This document shows positions 39,558 to 49,090 of a stretch of 64,000 nt of DNA, one piece after another. The position numbers and the translations under genes were made by a program. Where the stretch lies: positions 7,952 through 71,951 of the forward strand of contig CACMQL010000002.1 in assembly GCA_902615835.1 (NCBI GenBank), read 5' to 3'. The stretch comes from an uncultured Verrucomicrobiota bacterium (GTDB lineage Bacteria; Verrucomicrobiota; Verrucomicrobiia; Opitutales; Seribacteraceae). Position 1 is the first letter of the stretch; every line of letters starts with the position of its first letter. The notes under the pieces are model-generated. The model was given only the letters and a program-made list of their open reading frames with translations, had not been told where the DNA came from and searched no databases.

Positions 39558-41702
39558 TTAATTAATCTTAATTTTGACCCGCTTAATTTTTCCGTCAAAG
39601 GCAAACTCATTGTTATAGTTACCAACCGTACCACTCTCATCCCGTCCTACCTGCAAGCCATCAGCGGGCATTTCCTTGACCAGACTGCTTACCTTTCCGC
39701 TCCCCAGAGTCCGCTTGGAGGCATACAGTTCCACCTCTCCGGATGTGTGCAGCTTTGCCTGTATATTCATTTCCTTTTCACCGAGCTTCTGGTCAGCGGC
39801 GACCGATTCCACTTTACCATTCAGACGGACAAAGAACCGTAAAACTTTATTTTCTATGGATAACCCCCATCCATGGGCATCCCCACCTTGAGCAACAAGG
39901 ATTCCATTTCCCTGCTTTCCCATCTGAACTTCCACTTCGAACGCCTTCTTAGCGACCATTGGAGCAACTCCCATGGCCAGGTTGGCATCGGGTTTTAGGT
40001 TAAAGACTTTTTTCTTGCTAAAGTTACTCTTCTTGCGATTCCATGGCCAGGGTTTTGCCTTGGCCTCGATGGCCCATGCTTCCCATTGATCCGCCATTTC
40101 TTTGGCCCGTTGTGGATGCTTTTCACTCAGGTCATTGAGTTCAGAACGGTCTTCATTCAAATCATAGAGTTCCCACGCACCATTGGCTCCCTTGGCCACC
40201 AGTTTCCAATTTCCCATCCGGATTGCCCGGTTTCCTTCATGTTCCCAGTAGATCGGATTTTTACGGTTCAGGTTCTTTCCGGAGAAGGCCGGTTTTAGCG
40301 ATACGCCCTGCATGGGTACAATTTTCTGCCCTTTTACCTCTTTGGGATAGTCCGCCTTGGCCAGATCCACACAGGTCGCCATCAAGTCGATCAGGTGAGT
40401 GGCTTGGTGTTCAAATTTTCCCCGTAGTTTTGCCGAGATACCCTTCGGCCAATGGGCCACCAAGGGTGTGCTGATTCCTCCTTCATGGACCCAGTGCTTA
40501 TATTCACGGAAAGGAGTATTGCTCACATTTGCCCAGGCCCTTCCATATCCATGATAGGTGTCGGCTCCGCCGGTCATCACTTCCGTTCCCTGTTTCATCA
40601 CCACGCCGTCCCGGGTGCGTTTGGGGATCATATCCATTTGCAGATCCGTCGCCTTCATTGGTTTTAAAATTTCGGGATCACTGTCCTTGTATTGAATCCC
40701 TTCCTTCCTACCCATCCCTTCTGCGCAACCGCCATTATCGGCAATGAAAATAATTAAGGTATTATCCAGCATCTTTCTTTTTTCGAGGGCTCCGATCACT
40801 TTGCCCAGTCCCTGATCCAACCGGTCCACCATGGCCGCATATGCTTCCATCAGCCGGATTTCCCATTCTTTATTTTTGGCATCCTTCCAAGCTTCTGCAT
40901 CACGGGTAGAAAGTTTCCACTTCGTTTCGATCAGACCCATCTCCAATTGCCTTTGATACCGGGCCTGTCGGATGACTTCCCATCCTTGATCATACCGGCC
41001 CCTGTATTTTTCCATGTCTTCCGGCAGGGCATGCATGGGCCAGTGCGGGGCCGTGTGGGCCACATAGAGAAAGAACGGATCATCCCCCTTATGTTCATTG
41101 ATGAAACGGGTTGCATGGTCATTGATTGCATCGGTGTAGTAAAAAACTTCCGGTTCATATTCTTGATCCGCGTAGGGAGAAATCAAGGTGTTCCCCCGGG
41201 TTAATGAATTGGGATCAAAGAAACTACCCGCTCCATGAATGGTTCCATAAAATCGATCAAACCCTCGCTGCCTGGGCCAATTATGCTGAGAAGACCCCGG
41301 ATGAATCTTGGGAGTCACATGCCATTTTCCCGATAAGTAAGTCGAATATTTGGCGGGCTTCAGAACCTCCGCGATCGTTTGTACATCGGTTCCCAAATCT
41401 CCCTTGTATCCAGGCAGTCCGGTATCATTCATCATATGTCCGATACCCGCCTGATGGGGATAGGTGCCAGTCAGCAGACTGGCCCGTGTTGGGCAGCACC
41501 GGCCGGTGTTGTAGAACTGGGTGAACCGTAATCCGTTCTTTGCCAGACGGTCGAGATTGGGGGTTTCAATCTCGCTACCATAGCAGCCGATATCGGACCA
41601 GCCCATATCATCGGCCATTACGATGATGACATTTGGGCGGCTCTGGCCGATAGCCAGTACGGAGCCAATTAGAAACAGACAAAACAGGGTTTTAATATTC
41701 AT
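39558..41702 (-). CDS. Arylsulfatase with C-terminal LamG/ConA-like domain
   Basis: PNVIIVMADDMG, CCPTRASLLTG, GKWH, DNGG, HEGGI; extra ~150-aa C-terminus (GLQVGRD..F.GKI). Confidence 0.92.
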   Translation of the reverse strand: MNIKTLFCLFLIGSVLAIGQSRPNVIIVMADDMGWSDIGCYGSEIETPNLDRLAKNGLRFTQFYNTGRCCPTRASLLTGTYPHQAGIGHMMNDTGLPGYKGDLGTDVQTIAEVLKPAKYSTYLSGKWHVTPKIHPGSSQHNWPRQRGFDRFYGTIHGAGSFFDPNSLTRGNTLISPYADQEYEPEVFYYTDAINDHATRFINEHKGDDPFFLYVAHTAPHWPMHALPEDMEKYRGRYDQGWEVIRQARYQRQLEMGLIETKWKLSTRDAEAWKDAKNKEWEIRLMEAYAAMVDRLDQGLGKVIGALEKRKMLDNTLIIFIADNGGCAEGMGRKEGIQYKDSDPEILKPMKATDLQMDMIPKRTRDGVVMKQGTEVMTGGADTYHGYGRAWANVSNTPFREYKHWVHEGGISTPLVAHWPKGISAKLRGKFEHQATHLIDLMATCVDLAKADYPKEVKGQKIVPMQGVSLKPAFSGKNLNRKNPIYWEHEGNRAIRMGNWKLVAKGANGAWELYDLNEDRSELNDLSEKHPQRAKEMADQWEAWAIEAKAKPWPWNRKKSNFSKKKVFNLKPDANLAMGVAPMVAKKAFEVEVQMGKQGNGILVAQGGDAHGWGLSIENKVLRFFVRLNGKVESVAADQKLGEKEMNIQAKLHTSGEVELYASKRTLGSGKVSSLVKEMPADGLQVGRDESGTVGNYNNEFAFDGKIKRVKIKIN

Positions 41703-41780
41703 AATATGATAAGGGTGCAAAAGGGCTTTTTGCTTGCTCGAGGGGGGCAAAGTCAATACTTAACAAAGGCTTTGGGGCAC

Positions 41781-41855
41781 GGCGCGGTAGCCAAGTGGTA
41801 AGGCCGGGGACTGCAAATCCTCTATTCGCCGGTTCGATTCCGGCCCGCGCCTCCA
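41781..41855 (+). tRNA. tRNA-Cys (GCA)
   Basis: Acceptor GGCGCGG/CCGCGCC, D arm GCCAAGTGGTAAGGC, anticodon loop CT-GCA-AA, T loop GGTTCGATTCC, discriminator U, encoded CCA. Confidence 0.97.
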
Positions 41856-42021
41856 TTTCCCTACTTATTCTATGTCAGTATTTTGATTCTTTTCTCTTTC
41901 AGCTTACCCACATTGAATTCTCTTTTCTGTTCGTTTGGAAAATTGCCCTCTTTTATTCCGCTCTATTCTTCACCTTTTTTGGCAGTTTACCTATAGCTAT
42001 TTTGAACTGAATGGCCGAGTA

Positions 42022-43386
42022 TTACTTCTTGGGCTTATTTGTTTTTTTCTTCAAGACTTGGCTGGTCACTTCTTTTTCAGGCAACCATTTTTTAAAACGG
42101 CTCAGGTCGGAAATTGCGGCCAGATTTTTCCATTCATAGGGATCCTCGGCGTGATCGTAGTATTCCTCGGATCCGTCGGCATATCGAATATATCGTTCAG
42201 TTGCCGTACGCACCGAATGGTTTCCACGCCCATGAGTGGTGATGGCGGGGTGTTTCCATTTGGCTTTGGGGTTTTGCAGGAGAGTGGAGATGTCGTGGCC
42301 GCTGACATGGTCAGGTTTCTTAATCCCAGTCAGCGAGCATAGGGTGGGGTATATGCTCATGGTGTCGACGGGCTGTCTGCATTTCGTACCGGGCTTGGTA
42401 ACCCCCGGAGCCACCCATATCATCGGAATGCGGGTGGTTTCTTCCCAGAGGGCAAATTTCCGCCAGTGCTGTTTTTCGCCAAGTGACCATCCATGGTCAC
42501 TCCAGAATACGATGATGGTATTCTTGCGGTCAGGACTTTTCTCAAAGGCATCGAGGAGCCTGCCCACATTCATGTCGGTGTAGGCACAGGTGGCAAGGTA
42601 CGACTGGATTGCGGCTTTCCAACGCCCGCTTTTCAAAAACTTGGCATGGTCTGCCTGTGGATTGGCCATTTTAATTCCCGCCGGGGGGATGTCGTCGAGA
42701 TCATTCTCTAGGTGAGGCGGAAGCTTGATTTCATCGAGGGGGAAATCCTCGTAGTATTTGCGTGGAGCCACAAAGGCCAAGTGTGGTTTGTAAAGCCCAC
42801 AGGCGATGAAATAGGGTTTCTTACGCTTCTTGGAAAGTCGTTCCATGCAGTAATCTACCGAATGCCAGTCCACAATATCATCATCCTTTAAATCCGGAAA
42901 AGTTTTTTCTATATGGTACCCGTCGTACTTCTCGACTCCCGGACCATTGCTGGATAACTTACCTTTATTCATGTAATCACTCCACTCCTCTTCGAGAGCA
43001 TCCATTTGATGGTAGATCTTACCGGCTCCGGAAACATAGTATCCGGCTTGTAAAAACTGGGCGGAGAGGCCTTCGCCGGGCTTTTGGTATTTTCGCCATT
43101 CGTGTCCGTTCTTGTAGCACCCGCTTACCCATGGGCGTCGACCGCTCATCAGGGCACAACGCGAAGGTTCGCAGGCAGGCACGGCGGTGTGGGCGTTGGT
43201 GAAGGTGGTGCCCATGGCGGCCAATCGATCGATGTTCGGAGTCTTGGCCTGTGGGTTGCGACCCAGATGACTGACCCAGTGGTTCAGGTCATCAACTGCA
43301 ATGAAGAGGACATTCGGACGATCATCGGCTGAAAGTAAGAGAGTGGAGATTAGCCCTGTAATAAGGATTGGAAAGCGATGGGTCAT
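42022..43386 (-). CDS. Sulfatase (iduronate-2-sulfatase-like S1)
   Basis: PNVLFIAVDDLN, CEPSRCALMSG, GKIYH, KPH, SDHGW..GEK.HW.K. Confidence 0.9.
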   Translation of the reverse strand: MTHRFPILITGLISTLLLSADDRPNVLFIAVDDLNHWVSHLGRNPQAKTPNIDRLAAMGTTFTNAHTAVPACEPSRCALMSGRRPWVSGCYKNGHEWRKYQKPGEGLSAQFLQAGYYVSGAGKIYHQMDALEEEWSDYMNKGKLSSNGPGVEKYDGYHIEKTFPDLKDDDIVDWHSVDYCMERLSKKRKKPYFIACGLYKPHLAFVAPRKYYEDFPLDEIKLPPHLENDLDDIPPAGIKMANPQADHAKFLKSGRWKAAIQSYLATCAYTDMNVGRLLDAFEKSPDRKNTIIVFWSDHGWSLGEKQHWRKFALWEETTRIPMIWVAPGVTKPGTKCRQPVDTMSIYPTLCSLTGIKKPDHVSGHDISTLLQNPKAKWKHPAITTHGRGNHSVRTATERYIRYADGSEEYYDHAEDPYEWKNLAAISDLSRFKKWLPEKEVTSQVLKKKTNKPKK

Positions 43387-43455
43387 GATGAATTTTGTTA
43401 GGAATCATTCGATTGTTCTCTTGTCAGTTTTACTGAATCGAACCATCTTTGAAAG

Positions 43456-44298
43456 ATGTTTTTTAGATACTCATCCATTCTTTTTTTAACGACCCTTTTC
43501 CCCCTGAGTTCATTTGCCAGGGATCAGGTTAGCCCCGATGAAATTCTTGAGTACAAAAATACTCCACAGGGAAAACTTTTTCTCCATACCTATTATCCGG
43601 ATAATTGGAAAAAGACGGATAAGCGACCGGCGGTGGTCTTTTTCTTTGGGGGTGGATGGAATGGGGGATCATACACTCAGTTTTCCCGCCATGCGGATTA
43701 CCTGGCATCCCGTGGAATGGTTGCTTTTGCTGCGGATTATCGGATCAAAAGTAAACATAAGACTGAGCCAAAAGCCTGTGTGAGTGACGGCAAGTCGGCG
43801 GTTCGCTGGATACGTGGAAATTCGGCGAAATTAGGAGTGGATCCAAAAAAGATCATTGCCGGGGGAGGATCCGCCGGTGGCCATGTGGCTGCCACGACGG
43901 CCACGATCCAAGCCTTTGACGAGCCAAGTGATGACCTATCCATTAGTCCTAAACCCCAGGCCCTGTTGCTTTTTAATCCCGTGATCGACAACAGTGAAAA
44001 GGGATACGGATACTCCAGGGTGGAAGCGTACTGGAAAGAGTTTTCCCCGATGCATAATATTAAAAAGGGAATTCCCCCAACCATTTTTATTTGCGGGACG
44101 AAGGATAAACTGATCCCGGTTGACACCGGAGAGCTTTTTAAAAAGAAGATTGAAAAAGTCGGTGGGCGTTGCGATCTCCATTGGTACAAAGATGCAAAAC
44201 ATGGTTTCTTCAATGCGATGTTCAAGGAGACTATGCAAGAGGTGGATAAATTTTTGGTTTCCCTGGGGTATCTCGAGGGACCGTCCACTCTTCAGTGA
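43456..44298 (+). CDS. Secreted alpha/beta-hydrolase (carbohydrate esterase-like)
   Basis: FFGGGW, GGSAGG nucleophile elbow, GTKD, HGFFN. Confidence 0.88.
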   Translation: MFFRYSSILFLTTLFPLSSFARDQVSPDEILEYKNTPQGKLFLHTYYPDNWKKTDKRPAVVFFFGGGWNGGSYTQFSRHADYLASRGMVAFAADYRIKSKHKTEPKACVSDGKSAVRWIRGNSAKLGVDPKKIIAGGGSAGGHVAATTATIQAFDEPSDDLSISPKPQALLLFNPVIDNSEKGYGYSRVEAYWKEFSPMHNIKKGIPPTIFICGTKDKLIPVDTGELFKKKIEKVGGRCDLHWYKDAKHGFFNAMFKETMQEVDKFLVSLGYLEGPSTLQ

Positions 44299-44483
44299 TT
44301 TGATTCCTCAGGGTTCCCGAAGAATGAATCGTATATCTCGGGGGTCATCTCTAATATCGTCCGGATGGTTCGCCTTGGCGGTTGTGAGCGAAGCGAGATT
44401 AGCCCTATCCCAAACCTATGAAGAAAAATTATAAATTAACCACTGGGATTTTCAATGTTGGTTTTAGTATCCGATGGCAAGCC

Positions 44484-46205
44484 TTACTTGGGAAAAGGAT
44501 CGATCCGATTGAGAGCGGCCAAGGTGCTTCCCCGCAATATTCGAACGGTGGAGCTTCCCTCTTCATGCGGAAATAGCCATTGGAATAGATGTTCCGGAAT
44601 GGCTTCCGAGAATTTGAGAGCAGAGACTTCGTCCTGCCATCGAGTCTCTAAAAGCAGGGCAGCTGATCCGTCATCGAATTGCCACAAAGCCCATCGGTCG
44701 CCAGCCCATTGACCGGCAATTGTTCTCGCCACATAGCTTGAGTTCGGTTGGGCAAGCCAGGGAATAAGCCCGCCAATTCCCAAAACATCAGTCAGGTCGG
44801 GAGGTTCATCCATGAACTTCATGGCAAAATCAGCGGGAACGGGATCTCGTGCCCAGAGCGATCCGTTTTCATACCACAAGGGACGTAAGAATTCCATCAT
44901 GGTGGATGGTGGGCGTTGGTAAGCAGGCATTAAGCCCGAAAGAGGACCCGTAGGTCCGACAAGGAAATCAATGAAAAATGGACCCACAAAAGCAGGTAGT
45001 GAATACCATCGGTTTAACAGAGTGGTTTCGGGAAATTTAATCCCAGCCGGTCTGAATTGAGCAGGTGCGGGAATTTTAGGAGAAATACTTTTGGCGGTTG
45101 CGTATCTTCGAATGATTGTTTTCCGGATTCCGGATATCAAAGATTCTCCCGCTCTTCTTGCGTCTTCATTTTTTTCGAATCTCCTTTCTTCCCCTTTTGG
45201 GTTTCCCAAATTGTTTTGAAAGAGGATTGCCTCTGCAATTGCCCCAACCACACTGAGTCGGACAAAGGGATGATTGAAGGGAACTGTTTCCAGTATCAAG
45301 ACGCTCCTACCTAGAGGATCCGATTTGGCGACATGTTGTCCAAGTTCAAAACCTGTGAGTGCATCGAGCCAATCAATGTTTTCGGGGATGAGACCAAGGA
45401 TGGAAAATGCTTGTACCCTGGCTTCTCGAATGGAACTGGGATAGGTGGTTTCCAATTGATCAGTTACATTTTTGGTAAAAATTTCAGTACTTACTTTTTC
45501 AAACCTGATTGAGTAGATTGGTTTTTGATCCATTATTTCGGTTACTTCCCCCAATAGTTCGGTGGGTGTGACTGGGGGAAGGAGAGCGGCACTTTGGCTG
45601 TTGTTATGGCCATTTGGCGTGGCGTGACCAGGAGCCCTCTGGGGTGCTTCGCCGGTATGGGCAATTACTTCAGCATTTTCTATCGAGTAGACGAATCCTT
45701 GTTTCTTTCCTTCGTGAGTACTCTCTGGGCCCGTGATTCGAAAGGTCCCGGTTACCCGCGAAGGTTCCTCAATAAAGGAGTAGTTGGTTTCAGAATCATT
45801 ATTTCCCTGGGTAACAAAGACGACCTGTCGAAGGTTGGGTGGAGTACAAAAGGTGCAGCCGACATAGCTTGGCACCATCATACAACGGCTCATATCTTCC
45901 AGGCTGTCAAAAGGAGCCATGAAGGCAATAAGGCTAACTTTTTTTCCATCCAGTTTTTGTAATTCATCAGGAAAGGAAAGTGACATGTCGATTAGGTCTG
46001 TAGGCCTTGCTTCAGCGAGAAGGGGGAAGTCAATGACTGCAACGGAATCAGGGTAATTTTTAGCATCCAAGATCTCTGCATGTTTCTTGTTATTGGATTC
46101 AAAATTCTCATCTTCTGAAGGTGAAAAATCATCAAGTAAAACAAAGGCCCCCAGACCGGTGAGTAAAAAAGCGAGAAATAAAAACTTGATGGATTTCATT
46201 ATCAT
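44484..46205 (-). CDS. DUF3299 (ZrgD-like) domain fused to a degenerate zincin-like domain
   Basis: N-terminal anchor; LDGKKVSLIAFMAP..MMVPSYVGCTFCTPP..QVVFV (DUF3299-like); C-terminal PPSTMMEFLRP, DVLG, GQWAGDRW. Confidence 0.72.
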   Translation of the reverse strand: MIMKSIKFLFLAFLLTGLGAFVLLDDFSPSEDENFESNNKKHAEILDAKNYPDSVAVIDFPLLAEARPTDLIDMSLSFPDELQKLDGKKVSLIAFMAPFDSLEDMSRCMMVPSYVGCTFCTPPNLRQVVFVTQGNNDSETNYSFIEEPSRVTGTFRITGPESTHEGKKQGFVYSIENAEVIAHTGEAPQRAPGHATPNGHNNSQSAALLPPVTPTELLGEVTEIMDQKPIYSIRFEKVSTEIFTKNVTDQLETTYPSSIREARVQAFSILGLIPENIDWLDALTGFELGQHVAKSDPLGRSVLILETVPFNHPFVRLSVVGAIAEAILFQNNLGNPKGEERRFEKNEDARRAGESLISGIRKTIIRRYATAKSISPKIPAPAQFRPAGIKFPETTLLNRWYSLPAFVGPFFIDFLVGPTGPLSGLMPAYQRPPSTMMEFLRPLWYENGSLWARDPVPADFAMKFMDEPPDLTDVLGIGGLIPWLAQPNSSYVARTIAGQWAGDRWALWQFDDGSAALLLETRWQDEVSALKFSEAIPEHLFQWLFPHEEGSSTVRILRGSTLAALNRIDPFPK

Positions 46206-46221
46206 AAATGATGAAGGGTCT

Positions 46222-47466
46222 TTATTCTGAAAGTTGAAGGTCGTCAATGGGTGTTCTTCGATAAGAAGAAATTGCCGGGAAAGTGGAAGCCAATGCTCCA
46301 CTTAGAGCCATAATCAGAAGTGCGTAAAGTTCATTGCTTGGTATTCGCCAGGGATTGAGGATCAGTCCGGTAGCTTCACGAAAGTAATCAACCGCGATGG
46401 CCATGCCCCCATGCCCAATCAGCAGTCCGAGCAGGATTCCTCCTCCAGTGAGGAGTAAGCCCTCGGAAAAGACAAGGGTAGCCACTTCTCTTCTGTAAGC
46501 ACCCAAACTCCGAAGAATGGCAATGTCTCGACGCCGGCGCTCCGCTGCCTGTTGAAGAGTAATCAATACCGTCAGGCAGGATACGGCTACCACAACTCCA
46601 GCTATGGCCAGGAGTATTTTTTGGACCGGACCCAAAATTCCCTGTTGGAAACGCATGATTTCATTGATTGGGATTGCGGCGATACCATCGGTTCCTTCCC
46701 GTATTTCATCGGCCATCCAAAGGCGAAGCCCAGGAGTCTCAAGTCGTACGAGGATGGCGGTCGTCTCCCTCGTTTTATGATCTGCCATAATCGCGGATCC
46801 CTGAATGGCAGAATGGAGGAGATCTTCCGTTTCATGAATTTCCCAGACTGATTTTAAGGTTCCGAATATGGCTCGGTCTTGGGCGGTGCCGGACGGAGCA
46901 AGGATTCCACTGACCCGGTAAGGGAAGTCGCGATGTACTTCGGCTCCGGCAACCTCGATTAATCCATGGGTGCCAAAGAAGGAATCACCGATTTTCAGTC
47001 CGCTTGCTTGGGCTACCTGGCTTCCTAGGACTACATCAAACCGGTCTTGAAATACATCACCTTCTGCCAGTTCAAAGAATAAATTTCCTTCCCGGTCAGG
47101 CAAATCAAAGAAATGCTTTTCCGTGCCAATAATTCGATAGCCCAAATAATTATCACCGAGCCCGACGGGAGCAGCCCATTCAACCCTCGGGTCACTGCGG
47201 ATTCGTTCATATTCCTTGTAGGGTATATTACCCGTGGGCGAGTCCAGGTGGTAGACGCTGGAGAGCACAAGCTGGAGCGGACTTCCTTTTCCTCCGGCTA
47301 CGAGGTCATAAAGTCCGGCATCTCTCGACAGTGCTTTTTCTGATTCATGTCGTAGGGCGAGTACTGCACAGACCAATGCCACCCCGGTGGAGATTCCAGA
47401 GATCGTTAGCAAGCTGACGAGCCAGCGAAATTTTAGGTATTGCCAAGCCATGAAAAAGAAATTCAT
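46222..47466 (-). CDS. ABC transporter permease, MacB/FtsX type (ZrgC-like)
   Basis: GGKGSPLQLVLSSVYH, LGDNY.GYRIIGT, HG..H, ERRRRDIAILRSLGA. Confidence 0.88.
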   Translation of the reverse strand: MNFFFMAWQYLKFRWLVSLLTISGISTGVALVCAVLALRHESEKALSRDAGLYDLVAGGKGSPLQLVLSSVYHLDSPTGNIPYKEYERIRSDPRVEWAAPVGLGDNYLGYRIIGTEKHFFDLPDREGNLFFELAEGDVFQDRFDVVLGSQVAQASGLKIGDSFFGTHGLIEVAGAEVHRDFPYRVSGILAPSGTAQDRAIFGTLKSVWEIHETEDLLHSAIQGSAIMADHKTRETTAILVRLETPGLRLWMADEIREGTDGIAAIPINEIMRFQQGILGPVQKILLAIAGVVVAVSCLTVLITLQQAAERRRRDIAILRSLGAYRREVATLVFSEGLLLTGGGILLGLLIGHGGMAIAVDYFREATGLILNPWRIPSNELYALLIMALSGALASTFPAISSYRRTPIDDLQLSE

Positions 47467-48164
47467 GACCCTGTAACCTCCTCATCCGCTGTCAGTTCCC
47501 TGGGTTTAATAAGTTCAGAACAATCGAAGTTATTTGGCATCTCCCTTGCGATGGATGGATCATGGGTTACCAAGAGCAGGGTGCGATTATCCTCTTCAGC
47601 TATTCTTTTGAGAAGATGGAAAATCTCGAGTCCTGTCCTCGGGTCAAGAGCACCTGTGGGTTCATCTGCCAGTAAAATGGGTGCATTGCCGACAAGGGCA
47701 CGAGCAATGGCGATGCGTTGCCGCTGTCCAACTGAAAGCTCGTCAGGGCGTGCATGAAGACGATCACCCAATCCCACCCGTTCAAGCACATCGATTGCTC
47801 GTTTTTTTGGATATTTTTGATTACGATCACTGAAGCGTAATCCAATCAAAACATTTTCCAAAGCGGTGAATGGAGAAAGTAGATGGAAGGTTTGAAAAAT
47901 CATACCACAGTGAGTGCCGCGGTGTCGGTCAAGCTGAGCCGGAGATAGTTTCATGAGATTTACCCCATCGACAATAATTTCTCCTTTGTCCGCTATCCGC
48001 AGTCCAGAAACCAGATTGAGCAGGGTGCTTTTTCCACATCCACTTGGCCCGGTTAGGGCAACTATCTCACCTGCCGTTACTTCAAATGCAGGAAGTTGAA
48101 ACTGGACCGATAGCGAGTGATCCGTTTTCCCAAGGTTAAGAGATACCTTGTTAAGTCGGATCAT
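47463..48164 (-). CDS. ABC transporter ATP-binding protein, LolD/MacB type (ZrgB-like)
   Basis: GPSGCGKST, LSVGQRQR, LADEPTGALD, VTHD. Confidence 0.93.
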   Translation of the reverse strand: MIRLNKVSLNLGKTDHSLSVQFQLPAFEVTAGEIVALTGPSGCGKSTLLNLVSGLRIADKGEIIVDGVNLMKLSPAQLDRHRGTHCGMIFQTFHLLSPFTALENVLIGLRFSDRNQKYPKKRAIDVLERVGLGDRLHARPDELSVGQRQRIAIARALVGNAPILLADEPTGALDPRTGLEIFHLLKRIAEEDNRTLLLVTHDPSIAREMPNNFDCSELIKPRELTADEEVTGS

Positions 48165-48172
48165 TATCGTAT

Positions 48173-49003
48173 TTATTCGCCTTCTTCGCGATGAATATGT
48201 GGGCGAAGGACAAACAAACCCGTGGTTGTATTTTCAAAAATAAGTTCTCCTTTTGCGGCAAAGTCCGCTCCCATTAACCAGGTTGCATCGGTTTCTGTTG
48301 CACCTGGAAAAACGAAGTAATTTGTATTTCCTTCCACAATGGTCGAGGCTCCCGACTCATCCTCATTTCGTTCATGATCACGCACTGCAAGGATTACACG
48401 CTTATCGAGTGCAGGGAAATTGAGTGTTAGCACGGTCTTGGATGGCACGAGCCAGGGATCTCCCTCATAACCACCCCTTTTTAGCCAGACTTCCAGGTCT
48501 CCAGCGTCATCATGCAGTTTAATTTCCACGGTTCCGGTTTGTTTCCCGTTATCATCGAATATGGGATATAAAAAGCCACCGTTAGTTCCTTCGTTCGCGT
48601 GAATATGGGGCATGCCTGCAGCTTCAATTAATTTTGCGATCACCGGATGAAGTCCAAGCACTAAGTTTCCCAAAGTCAATTCATCCAAGTCATCATCTTT
48701 GAGGCTGGTTACCAGGTTTTCAAGATCGCCTAGCAGAAGTTCGATCTCCTGGGGATTAGCGGCGTTGGATGGAATCGATTCAGTAGTTACCGCCAAACCG
48801 GCAGCTAGCAATTCGGCGTGTAATTCACGAACTGCACTTAGATCCTTAACTCTGACCAATCCATCAGCCTGAAACGCAAGATTGTCGAACTGGGTAATTT
48901 CGGGCCAGCTAACGGTTTCATTTTCATTTTGAATATCACTGCGCTCGCAGGAAATAATGGTGAGGACGAAACTCAAAGCTAAAAAGAGGGTTGTTTTAGT
49001 CAT
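48173..49003 (-). CDS. His-containing lipoprotein, putative metal-binding component
   Basis: Lipobox IIS-C19; acidic; GLHP, PHIH (twice), KLHDDAGDLE; first gene of the ABC operon. Confidence 0.7.
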   Translation of the reverse strand: MTKTTLFLALSFVLTIISCERSDIQNENETVSWPEITQFDNLAFQADGLVRVKDLSAVRELHAELLAAGLAVTTESIPSNAANPQEIELLLGDLENLVTSLKDDDLDELTLGNLVLGLHPVIAKLIEAAGMPHIHANEGTNGGFLYPIFDDNGKQTGTVEIKLHDDAGDLEVWLKRGGYEGDPWLVPSKTVLTLNFPALDKRVILAVRDHERNEDESGASTIVEGNTNYFVFPGATETDATWLMGADFAAKGELIFENTTTGLFVLRPHIHREEGE

Positions 49004-49018
49004 GTTTGAATAAATTAA

Positions 49019-49042
49019 TTAATGCAAATAACTTGCAATAAG
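49019..49042. promoter_or_regulatory. Palindromic operator, copy 1 (putative Zur/Fur-family box) in the divergent promoter region
   Basis: TTAATGCAAATAACTTGCAATAAG; 22/24 identical to copy 2. Confidence 0.75.
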
Positions 49043-49070
49043 AATTTACACCCTTAATGATGACCGTCAA
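49043..49070 (-). promoter_or_regulatory. Sigma70-like promoter for the ABC operon
   Basis: Minus strand TTGACG-16 nt-TAAATT, directly abutting operator copy 1. Confidence 0.5.
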
Positions 49071-49090
49071 TTGATTAAGATCAACCAGAT

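Noticed and set aside
41795-42010. 71-aa ORF
   Set aside because: Overlaps tRNA-Cys; spurious
43737-44288. 183-aa minus-strand ORF
   Set aside because: Antisense shadow of the alpha/beta-hydrolase
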